Counted from the first letter of the stretch, positions 39,501 to 47,494 are shown. The stretch is DNA of 52,606 nucleotides from an uncultured Gammaproteobacteria bacterium (GCA_964433095.1 CAYSPW010000005.1:1-52606), one strand, 5' to 3'. Translations and numbers: made by a program. Notes: generated from the sequence alone by a model not told the origin.

Positions 39501-42500
39501 TGTGAATTCAGCCGGCGACAGTCAACAAATTACCCGTATCCCCGGGGTATATTACTGGGAATGGAGCTGGGGACCGGTTGACAATGATATCTTTGACATA
39601 CCGATTGAGGGAGGTAATGCCAACTCTGAAAATATTACCATTGCCGCCCGCGAGGTGGAAGGGGAAGTGGAAGGCTTGTTGAGCGCGGCAGTTACGGTTG
39701 ATGCTGATCCGGAAAACAACCAGGCGGGGCAGGTGTTTAATGATCATTTTATTTTGCGTGCCATGTTTTGTGAAAAACCTTGGCCGGCGATAAATGAAGA
39801 TAATACTTGGCAGCCATTTACCGCTTTTGAAGATGAAGGATATTATTTAACCATGAGTTATTGCAGCGATGCCGGACAATCGGGGCGCGTGTTTGATGAT
39901 CTACCCTTTTTGCGAATGATAGACGTAACCGATACCACGGAATTATTGGGCGGCGTGCAAAAAAAATATCTGTTCTTTAATGATAAAAACGATGACGTGA
40001 TCGGCGTGCAAATTTTCAACAATGAGGACTTTTCAAGATTAAGCGAGTGGTATCAACTGCGCGGTTTCGGCAATTTGGATCAGATGCAAACGATTGAAAT
40101 TGATGGCTATGAAGCCTTAACCGACGGCAATAACTACTATATTAATGCTTACAATCTTACCGGTGAACCGGCCACCGGCAATTCCACTGTTTATAAAAAT
40201 ATTTATTTATTCTCCATCAATGTCAATGCCGGAGACGATACCAGAGAAGTGTTTTCCCAGCTGATTGATTCGTTGCGCGTCAATACCAACATGAGCGATC
40301 TTAGGCAGTGCACTACCGAAGAAGGCGGCGAACCGCTCGGCAGGTGTGTTAGTGATTTTGATTGCTCCGGTCTGGCACCGGAATTACCCGAAGGTTGCGT
40401 TCCCAAATTCAACTGCGGTGACACTATTGATTATGAAGGCGGTCCTTACTCCACGGTGCGGATCGGGACCCAGTGCTGGATGAGCGAGAATTTGAATGTC
40501 GGACAGATGTTGGTTCATCCGGTGGCTCAATCAAATAATGGAGTAATTGAGAAAAAATGTTATGAAAATAGCGAACAATTATGTTCCAGCGAAGGCGGAC
40601 TGTATTCTTATCGCGAGGCCATGCAGTATTCCAATCAAGAAGGAACGCGAGGGATTTGCCCGATCGGATGGCATATACCCACCGATGCCGAATGGATGCG
40701 CCTGGAAGAATTTTTGGGCATGTGCGGCGGCAGTGATTCGGGTTGTTCCGGAGCTTGGAATTGGCGCGGCACCGACCAAGGCACCCAACTCAAGTCTACC
40801 GGAACAAGCGGCTTCAACGCTTTGTTAACCGGCTATTATATGCGATTAAATAAAATCAATGAGTTTTACTCGCGAAATTTGACCGCCGCCTTCTGGTCTT
40901 CCACGGCCGGTCCGCGGATAGGATATATTACGCGGGTCCTGCACGATTATCTAACGAAAGTTTTAAGATATTCTTACGAGTTTCACTCTTTTTCCGTGCG
41001 CTGCGTAAAAGACGCTCAAGATCCGCCCAATACTTGTCCGGATTTGGGTCCGCTCGCCGGAGAAAACATAGTTTGCAACGCGGATAAAACCAAATTTTTC
41101 CGTGACCTTAAACGTTTGTCGGATATTTCACGCTTGCAGAGGCGGTTGGATAATTATTACGATCAAAACGGAACTTATCCCAATTTGGAAGCCGGCACTT
41201 TTTTACCCGGCTATACCGTGTCAAAATGGCCGTCCTGGGGAAATCAGCTCGGTTCGGCTTTGCCCGGCTTGGCCATGGATCCGATCAATCGCTGGGAAGG
41301 TTGCCGAGATTTTGACCCCGCGGTTGAGAGTGAAACTTGTTGGAATGCCGATTCCTCGCGCTATGTTTGCCCGCGGACATCCAGCGTTTATGAGTATAAA
41401 TACAATTCCAATGATGATTATGATTTCCATGTTCCGCTTGAGTATATAAGTGTCAGCAACGGTATCGTGGATCAAATAGGCGTGGATAGAACCAATTTTG
41501 TTACTTCACCCTATTGCCAGCCGGATCAAAGCTTTACGCCGCAAGGCGGATCATGCGGAGACGGCATGATCAATCCGGGTGAAGCTTGTGACCCGCCCGG
41601 TACGTTTACCATCGGCACTGTGGGCATGCGGGAGGGCAGTCCCATTACTTGTCCTCTGGGACAAGTGGCCAGGCAGACATGCACAGATCAGTGTCAAATT
41701 CAATACGGAGGTTGTAGCCCGCGCAATCAGTGCGGCAATGGAATCGTTGAGGGCGTTGAATTTTGCGACGATGGTAATAATGAGGATGAATACGGCGGTT
41801 GTAACAGCGATTGTACGGACCGGACACAGAATTATTGCGGCGATGGAGAGGTGCAAGACGAATTTGAGTATTGCGATTGGTCCGTGAATAACTGGGAATT
41901 GTGGAGTATGGATGGAGAAAATTCCTGCTCTTATGACTGCCAGAGCCAAGGTGGTTATTGCGGAGACGGTTTGCTACAGTCCGAACACGAACAATGCGAT
42001 GATGGCAACAGTGAAGATTTTGACGGCTGTTCGGCACAGTGTAAAACAGAAAATATGGCCTGTTTTGAAGCTCAACCATATTTTACCGTAACACAACAAG
42101 AAGATGACATGACTTATATTTACATTAGCGAAGGAAAATATAATGTATTTGATTCAAAAAATGGAGATTTTGAAGGCACACCGATTTTTGAATGTTCACA
42201 AAATATTACTGGTGATCAAATTTGCCACAGCTTCGGTCTTGTCTGCGATAGCGTAGTGGAGCGATTCGGCAAGAAGAGTAACCAATCTGGTGATCCAACT
42301 ATCAGATATAAATTTCGTGGATACAACAGTGTGGAATATGATGAGACTTGCGTTTTGAATTTGGATATTGATGATTCACTCGGCTATCGAGTTGAGTGCG
42401 AGGGTATTTATGAAGGATTGGCGTCGGCTCCGGAAGCGGCGGCTGTGGCCGGTTCCTGCGGCGACGGCGTGGCGCAGGAGCGCAATAATGAGGGCGTGGC

Positions 42501-44130
42501 CGAAGCGTGTGACCTGGGAGCTCTAAACGGAGTACCTTGCGAGCCCGAATATGGGGAGCGCTGCAGCTATTGTTCGGAAGATTGCACCGACGTACTCTTT
42601 AGGGAGCCGCTGGTTTACTGTGGCGACGGCGTGGTGCAGACCGAATTCGGGGAAAATTGTGAATCAACCGTCGGCGGCGTCTTGGTTTCGGATGAGATTT
42701 GCTCGGATTCAAGTGAATATGGCGAATACACGATTTGTTCAAATAATAACGTGGCCGGTTGTACCGATGTCGGGCAAGTAAGCTGCGGCAATGATTGTCG
42801 TTCGTTCAGCAATAATTGTACCGAGTGCGTACCGACACTGGATCAGGATATAGCCACCGAAGCGCGCATGGCGTTTGTAAATCCGATCGCCGGGTATAAT
42901 GAGGAGCATCACACCGATTTGAACAATTCTTTTTCCGAGTGGTATCTGGATCCGGCTCGCAATTTTGATCCTTTGCAGCATATTGTGATGTACAGATGGT
43001 ACGATCAGGACGAGGCTGATTGGTACGATCCGACAGATTGGATGGACATTATTGTCAATGACTTCAATTTCGGCTGGCGCCGGCTCGGATCCAAAGGCGG
43101 CTACGGTTCGCCCAATTATTTTGACTACAGCGCTCAGTTCGCCTTGCGCGAGGCCGGCAGTGACCAGAACATGAGTGCTGAAACAGTAAAATTGGAAACC
43201 GACAGATTATGCTCGGATGAATATATGATTTACTTTTCACCGTTTGAGATTAAAAAGCCGGAGAGTGTTGACATTGACATATATGACCGTGATGAACTGC
43301 TTCCCTACGGCGATTTTTTCTCGTACGCGGTAGATGGAGAAAGCGGACCGATTGAACATGAATACATTGTGTCACCGGCCGTTCCATCTCAAGTGTTCAG
43401 AGTGGTGGTGCGCTGGACCGGAGCTGAAGATGAAAGCAATGTAGAGTTTAGAGGTCAGCTCTATACATCATATTTCGCTCAGGATGTTAAGACCGTGGAA
43501 GGCAGGAAAGCGACAGTTAAAAGCATGCAGAGCGCTATTGATGATACACAAACGGATAGTAATAATGACTTTTGGTATTGCGATCAAATGGAGCAAACCG
43601 ACATTAGGGAAAGAGTCGAGATGAATACCAATTCTTTTAATCACGGCGAGTATTTCTGGCCAACCGGGTGCAATCCGTACTCTTTTACAGAAGATGGCCA
43701 ACAGCCGAGCACATATGACATTCTTTATGTGCATCCCAAACAGTCACTCAATGATACTTTCGTGCAGGCGATGACCATAGATGTCAAAGGTTTGGCTGGG
43801 GCTGGCGGGGCGCCGCTGGCGTTTTTTGTGGACGCGCTCGGACCGGAGGGAGTGATTCCAATTAGTAATTTGAGAAACAGCAATTTGACCGTGGAGGTGT
43901 ATGCAAGTCGTGCGAATCAATATGTAGTTCCGGCTCATTCAATTTACAAGCCGGTGCTCACTTACTCGATCAAGGGTTCGGCCATTTCAAGCAATCCGAG
44001 CGCTCGCTATTGGCATGTCTTTAATTTAGTTTACGGCGACGGGTCATATTCAATTAGCGAAGTGCAAGAAATTCAAACCGATTTTTGTGAAGTGCTAAAT
44101 TCCATTCCCGGAACCATATGTACTCCTTAG
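33595..44130 (+). CDS. Giant (~3,510 aa) Cys-rich multidomain surface protein: pilin anchor, IPT/TIG, Ig-like, Cys-rich repeats, FISUMP domain
   Basis: Uninterrupted 10.5-kb ORF; N-terminal pilin hairpin; IPT motifs (VTIMGGNFG, LTIYGRNLG); 11 CG(N/D/S)G...E.C(D/E) repeats; TVRIGTQCWMSENLN...GICPIGWHIPTDAEW...FSVRCVKD. Confidence 0.9.
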   Translation: MKKIWKKILLLTIFAAIITGGVFIFADLTRAQQADVLGVEQVEESIALGSEDIRVIIARIIRAVLGLLGIIALVIVIYGGFVYMTSGGNDERIATAKKILINGGIGLAIILSAFAITQFVLNQLGEATGILPGTDRVIDENCSDPTYYNQHPILCGGSDFPTCEDRYFVVKSITPNTGDTGMNNLAVRVIFSRDINSGFNITDVMNIFDGNSELIPLSVSFVDDNRSIVEAVYSRDQFCNGDQTCFDQGSYRVEVNPDVSDQEENYLETETSCGSYPRTAVFGVNSDNVIDNRAPRFNEFTINNDAGGGPVVLRRGGAYPIEFTVTDESGIGYARLRVYRENSSPDSGVSVYDGPRLSADSKDPYSFEYSYGISDAAEPLDRYIVEAQVHDSDHNMIETLGSFVIVGENCDASGRPVSQQYADECLGQGGDSCEQDSDCASGVCDLQTNQCVDVPVIIEVDPWQGAAGNFVTIMGGNFGTVPGTIEFSNEGGWVQADLADCGDLSVWNDKWIVARVPDDQQLPIGTESVIRLRIPQSEGIFVETTTDDNGPIAGPNQGLFVKNDVVRPSLCSVITKGEQIEDSFNFALPGTEVLALGFGFGPEQEQSRIEFGGVVAPVSNWSGELIETGVPQNLSAGVLAVKVIMDGVESNGVPFTVLAYDEENIPVIESIDPVNITPGSFLTIYGRNLGQNPGTVHLSSEPGVDCDNSICMPVPFSLPSICGDTWQDNQIIVQITDDTPPGTYYVSVHANDMLARSEGVEALNVQAGKPSPSICRLSPGRGPAPLPAGSNGLEIAGINFGNDPTVYFWWKDADLADVVGTWLSTQIPGNWILSAGENLIRTLIPETADNYSMRTGPIKVGRDEGVVLLSNSVFYTVEDCRENPDSPIADTHKCCTSGEDAGLWRPFGTACKGEVRTAGYNWRFTTGFMPMVPQVVETCDQDNWNNVQMQLEFPSPTPWERWRRGRQACLNSDIAVRFTMSMDEVSFDNNIRLFSCGSEEEKDCENAVEITDFNLIFEEQIIRVRPATILDQNTWYRVQLLEGIRSAPQTSVLGVSEAPAQNLLSTEPCGPGTAYCFDFRTGSEQCTITAAGINPPFYRALMLGELPFYYYLWGRGNQECSVMPVDGLGWKWASSKAAASVEPKPDDNHTDTRAKGRTYSHTAPEAVDITAMANVSTVTGGGVEITDEIRASSTLIIDLEDPQVENFWPNCAEACINTGIGAGFNRHMNTDSFQNNIYLQKCQDELCTAFEDRIVFLEVPPDSQNYFELHAYLPAAELLEAGSWYKVTVRGGAGGVISLGQLEPVELDGKTMEQDFSWKFRTKSEDLYCQIDRVGLYPDPFTARMIGEKTKYSAIAYGSPDECSPFGQELNPWNFGWQWDTTDNVVATVSNFALLGNLNTFCTLSCLPAGSDVLRGSGEEFNFLCGNGRIDPGEDCDVGMVSETVGISCSLQCLRPGSEGENCGDGDLDVDLGEECDPALDSYCSDTCLWTGSPSSQPEGELDTPWCGSGSVTIGEDCDLAIDYSEAIAEGDPSLTGQYGCSNSCLHTGTPLAQSWCTGSGFENTQECRRAVSVCGNGILEQGEECEIGIAGATEEVCSAFCLLQNACGTDFAQCQVGSQGCSDDCTLAGSSIKYDNSSLCGDGVLGTGESPDCELPAADPQSQLGANPVQAVTAVGAGEVNQDTLAQFTKVRAEARSVRGNTQVNNLSSPVAGDADYFLQCGYSEFEQERDGRYNDCAANADNSSGVGINSCCYQRPTRESEYPVSGVNSVCRNSFISVTFDKEMDPDTLAGNLVIARGSEEADFDCQGIGEKDVTDLVKRSLAYAGEEQGFFAAIWSRIKNFFRNIFGREAIAAVETWCSGSISVRPEVVNTYSADGQVVSSTVNVYISKLLEASTTYAVVLRGGVEGMADVRGVGIKHAENTWRQDAWQFKTGSEVCKLKSIQAVPDYQLFSAPLRQANFTAEALSVNSAGDSQQITRIPGVYYWEWSWGPVDNDIFDIPIEGGNANSENITIAAREVEGEVEGLLSAAVTVDADPENNQAGQVFNDHFILRAMFCEKPWPAINEDNTWQPFTAFEDEGYYLTMSYCSDAGQSGRVFDDLPFLRMIDVTDTTELLGGVQKKYLFFNDKNDDVIGVQIFNNEDFSRLSEWYQLRGFGNLDQMQTIEIDGYEALTDGNNYYINAYNLTGEPATGNSTVYKNIYLFSINVNAGDDTREVFSQLIDSLRVNTNMSDLRQCTTEEGGEPLGRCVSDFDCSGLAPELPEGCVPKFNCGDTIDYEGGPYSTVRIGTQCWMSENLNVGQMLVHPVAQSNNGVIEKKCYENSEQLCSSEGGLYSYREAMQYSNQEGTRGICPIGWHIPTDAEWMRLEEFLGMCGGSDSGCSGAWNWRGTDQGTQLKSTGTSGFNALLTGYYMRLNKINEFYSRNLTAAFWSSTAGPRIGYITRVLHDYLTKVLRYSYEFHSFSVRCVKDAQDPPNTCPDLGPLAGENIVCNADKTKFFRDLKRLSDISRLQRRLDNYYDQNGTYPNLEAGTFLPGYTVSKWPSWGNQLGSALPGLAMDPINRWEGCRDFDPAVESETCWNADSSRYVCPRTSSVYEYKYNSNDDYDFHVPLEYISVSNGIVDQIGVDRTNFVTSPYCQPDQSFTPQGGSCGDGMINPGEACDPPGTFTIGTVGMREGSPITCPLGQVARQTCTDQCQIQYGGCSPRNQCGNGIVEGVEFCDDGNNEDEYGGCNSDCTDRTQNYCGDGEVQDEFEYCDWSVNNWELWSMDGENSCSYDCQSQGGYCGDGLLQSEHEQCDDGNSEDFDGCSAQCKTENMACFEAQPYFTVTQQEDDMTYIYISEGKYNVFDSKNGDFEGTPIFECSQNITGDQICHSFGLVCDSVVERFGKKSNQSGDPTIRYKFRGYNSVEYDETCVLNLDIDDSLGYRVECEGIYEGLASAPEAAAVAGSCGDGVAQERNNEGVAEACDLGALNGVPCEPEYGERCSYCSEDCTDVLFREPLVYCGDGVVQTEFGENCESTVGGVLVSDEICSDSSEYGEYTICSNNNVAGCTDVGQVSCGNDCRSFSNNCTECVPTLDQDIATEARMAFVNPIAGYNEEHHTDLNNSFSEWYLDPARNFDPLQHIVMYRWYDQDEADWYDPTDWMDIIVNDFNFGWRRLGSKGGYGSPNYFDYSAQFALREAGSDQNMSAETVKLETDRLCSDEYMIYFSPFEIKKPESVDIDIYDRDELLPYGDFFSYAVDGESGPIEHEYIVSPAVPSQVFRVVVRWTGAEDESNVEFRGQLYTSYFAQDVKTVEGRKATVKSMQSAIDDTQTDSNNDFWYCDQMEQTDIRERVEMNTNSFNHGEYFWPTGCNPYSFTEDGQQPSTYDILYVHPKQSLNDTFVQAMTIDVKGLAGAGGAPLAFFVDALGPEGVIPISNLRNSNLTVEVYASRANQYVVPAHSIYKPVLTYSIKGSAISSNPSARYWHVFNLVYGDGSYSISEVQEIQTDFCEVLNSIPGTICTP
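37867..38560 (+). repeat. Cys-rich repeat cluster 1 (5 copies, Myxococcus Cys-rich/DUF4215-like) inside giant protein
   Basis: CGNGRIDPGEDCD, CGDGDLDVDLGEECD, CGSGSVTIGEDCD, CGNGILEQGEECE, CGDGVLGTGESPDCE. Confidence 0.75.
41554..42663 (+). repeat. Cys-rich repeat cluster 2 (6 copies) inside giant protein
   Basis: CGDGMINPGEACD, CGNGIVEGVEFCD, CGDGEVQDEFEYCD, CGDGLLQSEHEQCD, CGDGVAQ...EACD, CGDGVVQ...ENCE. Confidence 0.75.
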
Positions 44131-44142
44131 CGATATAATGCT

Positions 44143-44550
44143 ATGAAAAGAATATTAATCATAATTTCCATATTGACCGCTGTAATAATAGCCGGAATTT
44201 TGTTATTCTTTGTGGTGAGAAAATATATTACCGCACCGAACGGTCGAGAACAAGCTGACGTGCCGGAACAGGTAACCGAACAGCCGGAGCGTGAACCGGA
44301 AATGGTGATAGTGGAAGATGTTTCCGATAATGACCAAGACAGAGACGGAATACCGGATGAAGAGGAATCCGACTTGGGAACTTCAAAGGTTGATTTTGAC
44401 AGCGATGGAGACGGCCTGTCTGACGCGGCTGAGATAAACGTATGGGGAACTGATCCGACCGTGAAAGATACTGACGGCGACGGGTTTGCCGACGGCTGGG
44501 AGGTGTACAAAGGATTTAATCCCAATGGCAGTGGAGAATTGCAAAATTAA
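44143..44550 (+). CDS. Membrane-anchored bacterial TSP3 (DxDGDG) Ca-binding repeat protein
   Basis: N-terminal TM, DQDRDGIPD, DSDGDGLSD, DTDGDGFADGWEV..GFNP. Confidence 0.85.
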   Translation: MKRILIIISILTAVIIAGILLFFVVRKYITAPNGREQADVPEQVTEQPEREPEMVIVEDVSDNDQDRDGIPDEEESDLGTSKVDFDSDGDGLSDAAEINVWGTDPTVKDTDGDGFADGWEVYKGFNPNGSGELQN

Positions 44551-44588
44551 TTTAACAATAAACATAATTTTTTTTAAAGATAAATAAT

Positions 44589-45464
44589 ATGTTTGATGAT
44601 CAACCGCTTACCGGCGGCCGTGGCCAAGTTCCAGGTAATTTACCCACGGCCGAGCCTGAAGATATATTATCCGGAACTGACAAACCGGAAACTGCCGGTC
44701 CGGCTACCGAGCCGGCACCGACAAGTAATTCCGCTTTGAGTGCCGGAGCTTTGCGGCCAAAGCGGCAGCAATCGGCGCCGTCGTCCCGGCCAACGCCTTC
44801 GGCTCCGCGGGTGCCGGAAGCTCCGGCTAAACCTTCCGGAACGCCGCAATCTCCATCAACGGAAAGCATGCCGCCGGCCGGAACCGTTCCGCCGAGCACC
44901 GACTCTGCGCCACCTTCTTCCCCGCCGGCGGGCGAGGAAGTTTACATGGTCAAAGAGCCGGTATTGAGCAAAGGTTTGATGACTATAATTATAACTGTCG
45001 TGGTACTCGCAATCATCGGCGGCGGCGGTTGGTTTATTTACGCCACATACATCGCCTCCGAGAAAAGTACTGAAACTTTTACAACCGAGCAGTCGCAACA
45101 AGAAGATTTTTTTCAGACCGAGCCGATTGATGGAACCGGAATAGATGTTGAACAGGAACAAGAAACCGATCAGGAAATGGAACAGCGGATTACTGATGAA
45201 GAAATACTTTTTGGCGACATAGTGGACAGTGATAATGATAATTTGGGCGATGAGCGCGAGCGCGAATTGGGAACCGATCCGAATACGTTTGATACGGATG
45301 AAGATGGAATTGGCGATGGAGAGGAAGTGATAGTGTGGAAAACCGATCCGCTTAATCCGGATACGGACGGCGATGGATATTTGGACGGCGAAGAGGTGGA
45401 AGCGGGCTACAATCCGCTCGGCAGCGGATCGCTGTTCCAACCGCCACAGATTAGTACGGAATAA
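44589..45464 (+). CDS. Pro-rich cytoplasmic N-terminus, one TM, TSP3-repeat protein
   Basis: P/S/T-rich first 120 aa, TM IIITVVVLAIIGGGGWFIY, DSDND/DTDEDG/DTDGDG repeats. Confidence 0.85.
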   Translation: MFDDQPLTGGRGQVPGNLPTAEPEDILSGTDKPETAGPATEPAPTSNSALSAGALRPKRQQSAPSSRPTPSAPRVPEAPAKPSGTPQSPSTESMPPAGTVPPSTDSAPPSSPPAGEEVYMVKEPVLSKGLMTIIITVVVLAIIGGGGWFIYATYIASEKSTETFTTEQSQQEDFFQTEPIDGTGIDVEQEQETDQEMEQRITDEEILFGDIVDSDNDNLGDERERELGTDPNTFDTDEDGIGDGEEVIVWKTDPLNPDTDGDGYLDGEEVEAGYNPLGSGSLFQPPQISTE

Positions 45465-45478
45465 AAAAATCATTTTTT

Positions 45479-46642
45479 ATGTTTGGTAAAAACAAGCAAA
45501 AACCAAAAGATAAATCAGCGCAAGATTCGTTTAATATTAAGACGATGCCGGATATTTTTTACGGCGGAAAAAATCCCGAACTCTATTCCGAACAGCAGCC
45601 GACCATGAAAAAACGGGCCTTGCCGCCCGCTTCCGCGCGTAAAATTTCGCCGCCGGCCAGACCCGCGCCGGCTGCCAAAACACCGGAGGAAAAAAGAGTG
45701 GAGATGCCGCCAACACCAAAAAAGAGCCGTTTGTGGGTATATATCGCGTTCGGATCGGGTTTTGTCGTGGTAGTGGCTTTCATCAGTTTCTACTACATTA
45801 ACGAAGCCCGTCCCAAGCCGCCGGTTGACAGGTCTACCCCATCTCAGCCGGTTGAAACAACGGAGCCGCCGATTGAACAGCCGGTTGAAACAACGGAGCC
45901 GTCCGAAGAAACGCGAGAGTCGGTCCCAACCAGCACGCCCGCGCTTGAGGCGGAGATGATTGATTTTCCTCCTTCCATATTCATTGATTCCGCCGACAGT
46001 GACGCGGATTCGCTTACTGATATGGAAGAAGAAATATTCGGTACCGATCCCAATGTTTGGGACGTGGACCGGGATGGATATTATGACGGACAGGAAATAT
46101 ATAATCTTTATTCTCCCATAGATTTCGCTCCGACCAAGCTTATTGATTCCGGCCTGGTGCGTGAGTATATCAATCCGGTCTGGCAGTATCGACTCTATTA
46201 CCCTTCCAATTGGCAGATCGGAGTAGTGGATGAGCAGTATTCGCGGGTGCTTTTTTCCACTCTCACGGGCGACTACATAGAAGCAAGAGTGGTGGATAAG
46301 GATCCGAATGAAACTTTTACCGCCTGGTTCGGCGGGAACGCTCAAGGTCAGAATTTTTCAGACCTGAACAGATTGGAAAACAGGTTCAAGGAAGAAGGAT
46401 ACCGAAGAGAAGATGATTTGGTGGCATATTTCGTAACAGACGAAAAGGTATTTGTGTTGATATATACGCCGGGAACGAGCGGCACCGTGCCTTACAGGCA
46501 TGTCATGCGGCTGTTTTATCAAAGCTTCAGGCCGGCGGAAACCGAGGTGGTAATTCCTGAACAGGCGGTAATAGTGAAACCGCCGGGCGAATCTCAGGCC
46601 GCGACCGGTACTAACGCGACCGGCACGCAGAGCGGTTTGTAA
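45479..46642 (+). CDS. TM-anchored TSP3-repeat protein with PsbP-like C-terminal domain
   Basis: TM segment, DSDADSLTD and DVDRDGYYDGQE repeats, Y.NP...Y.LYYPSNW...SFR pattern. Confidence 0.75.
   Translation: MFGKNKQKPKDKSAQDSFNIKTMPDIFYGGKNPELYSEQQPTMKKRALPPASARKISPPARPAPAAKTPEEKRVEMPPTPKKSRLWVYIAFGSGFVVVVAFISFYYINEARPKPPVDRSTPSQPVETTEPPIEQPVETTEPSEETRESVPTSTPALEAEMIDFPPSIFIDSADSDADSLTDMEEEIFGTDPNVWDVDRDGYYDGQEIYNLYSPIDFAPTKLIDSGLVREYINPVWQYRLYYPSNWQIGVVDEQYSRVLFSTLTGDYIEARVVDKDPNETFTAWFGGNAQGQNFSDLNRLENRFKEEGYRREDDLVAYFVTDEKVFVLIYTPGTSGTVPYRHVMRLFYQSFRPAETEVVIPEQAVIVKPPGESQAATGTNATGTQSGL
45845..45901 (+). repeat. Exact 24-bp direct repeat (QPVETTEP x2) in linker
   Basis: CAGCCGGTTGAAACAACGGAGCCG at 45845-45868 and 45878-45901. 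Confidence 0.9.
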
Positions 46643-46649
46643 AATAATT

Positions 46650-47081
46650 ATGGAATGCAATATATATTATCATGTTGCCGATGTTGGAATAAGAAAAAAA
46701 GAAGTGTTGAGGACGCTGGAGAAGATCGGCGAACATTTGCCTAAAAATAACATATCGTTCAGCCTGCATTTTATAGGCGACAAGAGAATGCGATCTCTCA
46801 ATAAGCGCTATTGCGGTCAAGGTGTTTCCACTGATGTGCTATCATTTGCCGCCGATGAAGGATATAATTTTCCCGGTAGCGGTGAGGATAAGGGCGATGT
46901 GTTTTTGTGTACGCCGCGGATAAAAAGACAAGCCAAAGAAAATAACATCAATTATCGCGAGGAATTATCGCGGGTATTGATTCACGGTATTTTACATCTG
47001 TTTGGATATGATCATGATAATAAAGAAAGAGAAAAAAAGATGTTTGCGCTGCAGGAAAAAATATTAATGAATATTTTATGA
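46650..47081 (+). CDS. ybeY: rRNA maturation endoribonuclease YbeY
   Basis: TDVLSF, IHGILHLFGYDH. Confidence 0.95.
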   Translation: MECNIYYHVADVGIRKKEVLRTLEKIGEHLPKNNISFSLHFIGDKRMRSLNKRYCGQGVSTDVLSFAADEGYNFPGSGEDKGDVFLCTPRIKRQAKENNINYREELSRVLIHGILHLFGYDHDNKEREKKMFALQEKILMNIL

Positions 47082-47449
47082 AATTCAAGATATTTGCTAA
47101 AAGTTTTTATCATGCGATGCATGGTTTGATATATGTTTTCAAAAATGAGCAAAATTTTCGCTTGCAGATTATGGCAGCCATAGCGGTAATAGCGACCTCA
47201 ATCATTTTTCCGATCAGTAAATACGAGTTGATAGCTGTTATTTTGCTTGTGCTATTGGTAATGGTGCTTGAGCTGATCAATTCCGCGTTTGAGCTCTTTG
47301 TTGATGTCGCCAAACCGCGGTTGCATCACAAAATTCAGCTTATTAAAGATATTATGGCCGCGACCGTATTCTTGTCTTCTCTCGTCGCCATCGTGGTTGG
47401 TGTAATAATTTTTTGGCCACATTTTTTTGAATTTTTGGGCAAAATTTGA
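47078..47449 (+). CDS. dgkA: Diacylglycerol/undecaprenol kinase (DgkA family)
   Basis: EQNFRLQ, ELINSAFE, KDIMAA; three TM helices; overlaps ybeY stop. Confidence 0.92.
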   Translation: MKFKIFAKSFYHAMHGLIYVFKNEQNFRLQIMAAIAVIATSIIFPISKYELIAVILLVLLVMVLELINSAFELFVDVAKPRLHHKIQLIKDIMAATVFLSSLVAIVVGVIIFWPHFFEFLGKI

Positions 47450-47494
47450 TAGTATTGATATTTGTCAAATAAACATATTGATTTGATTATGATT

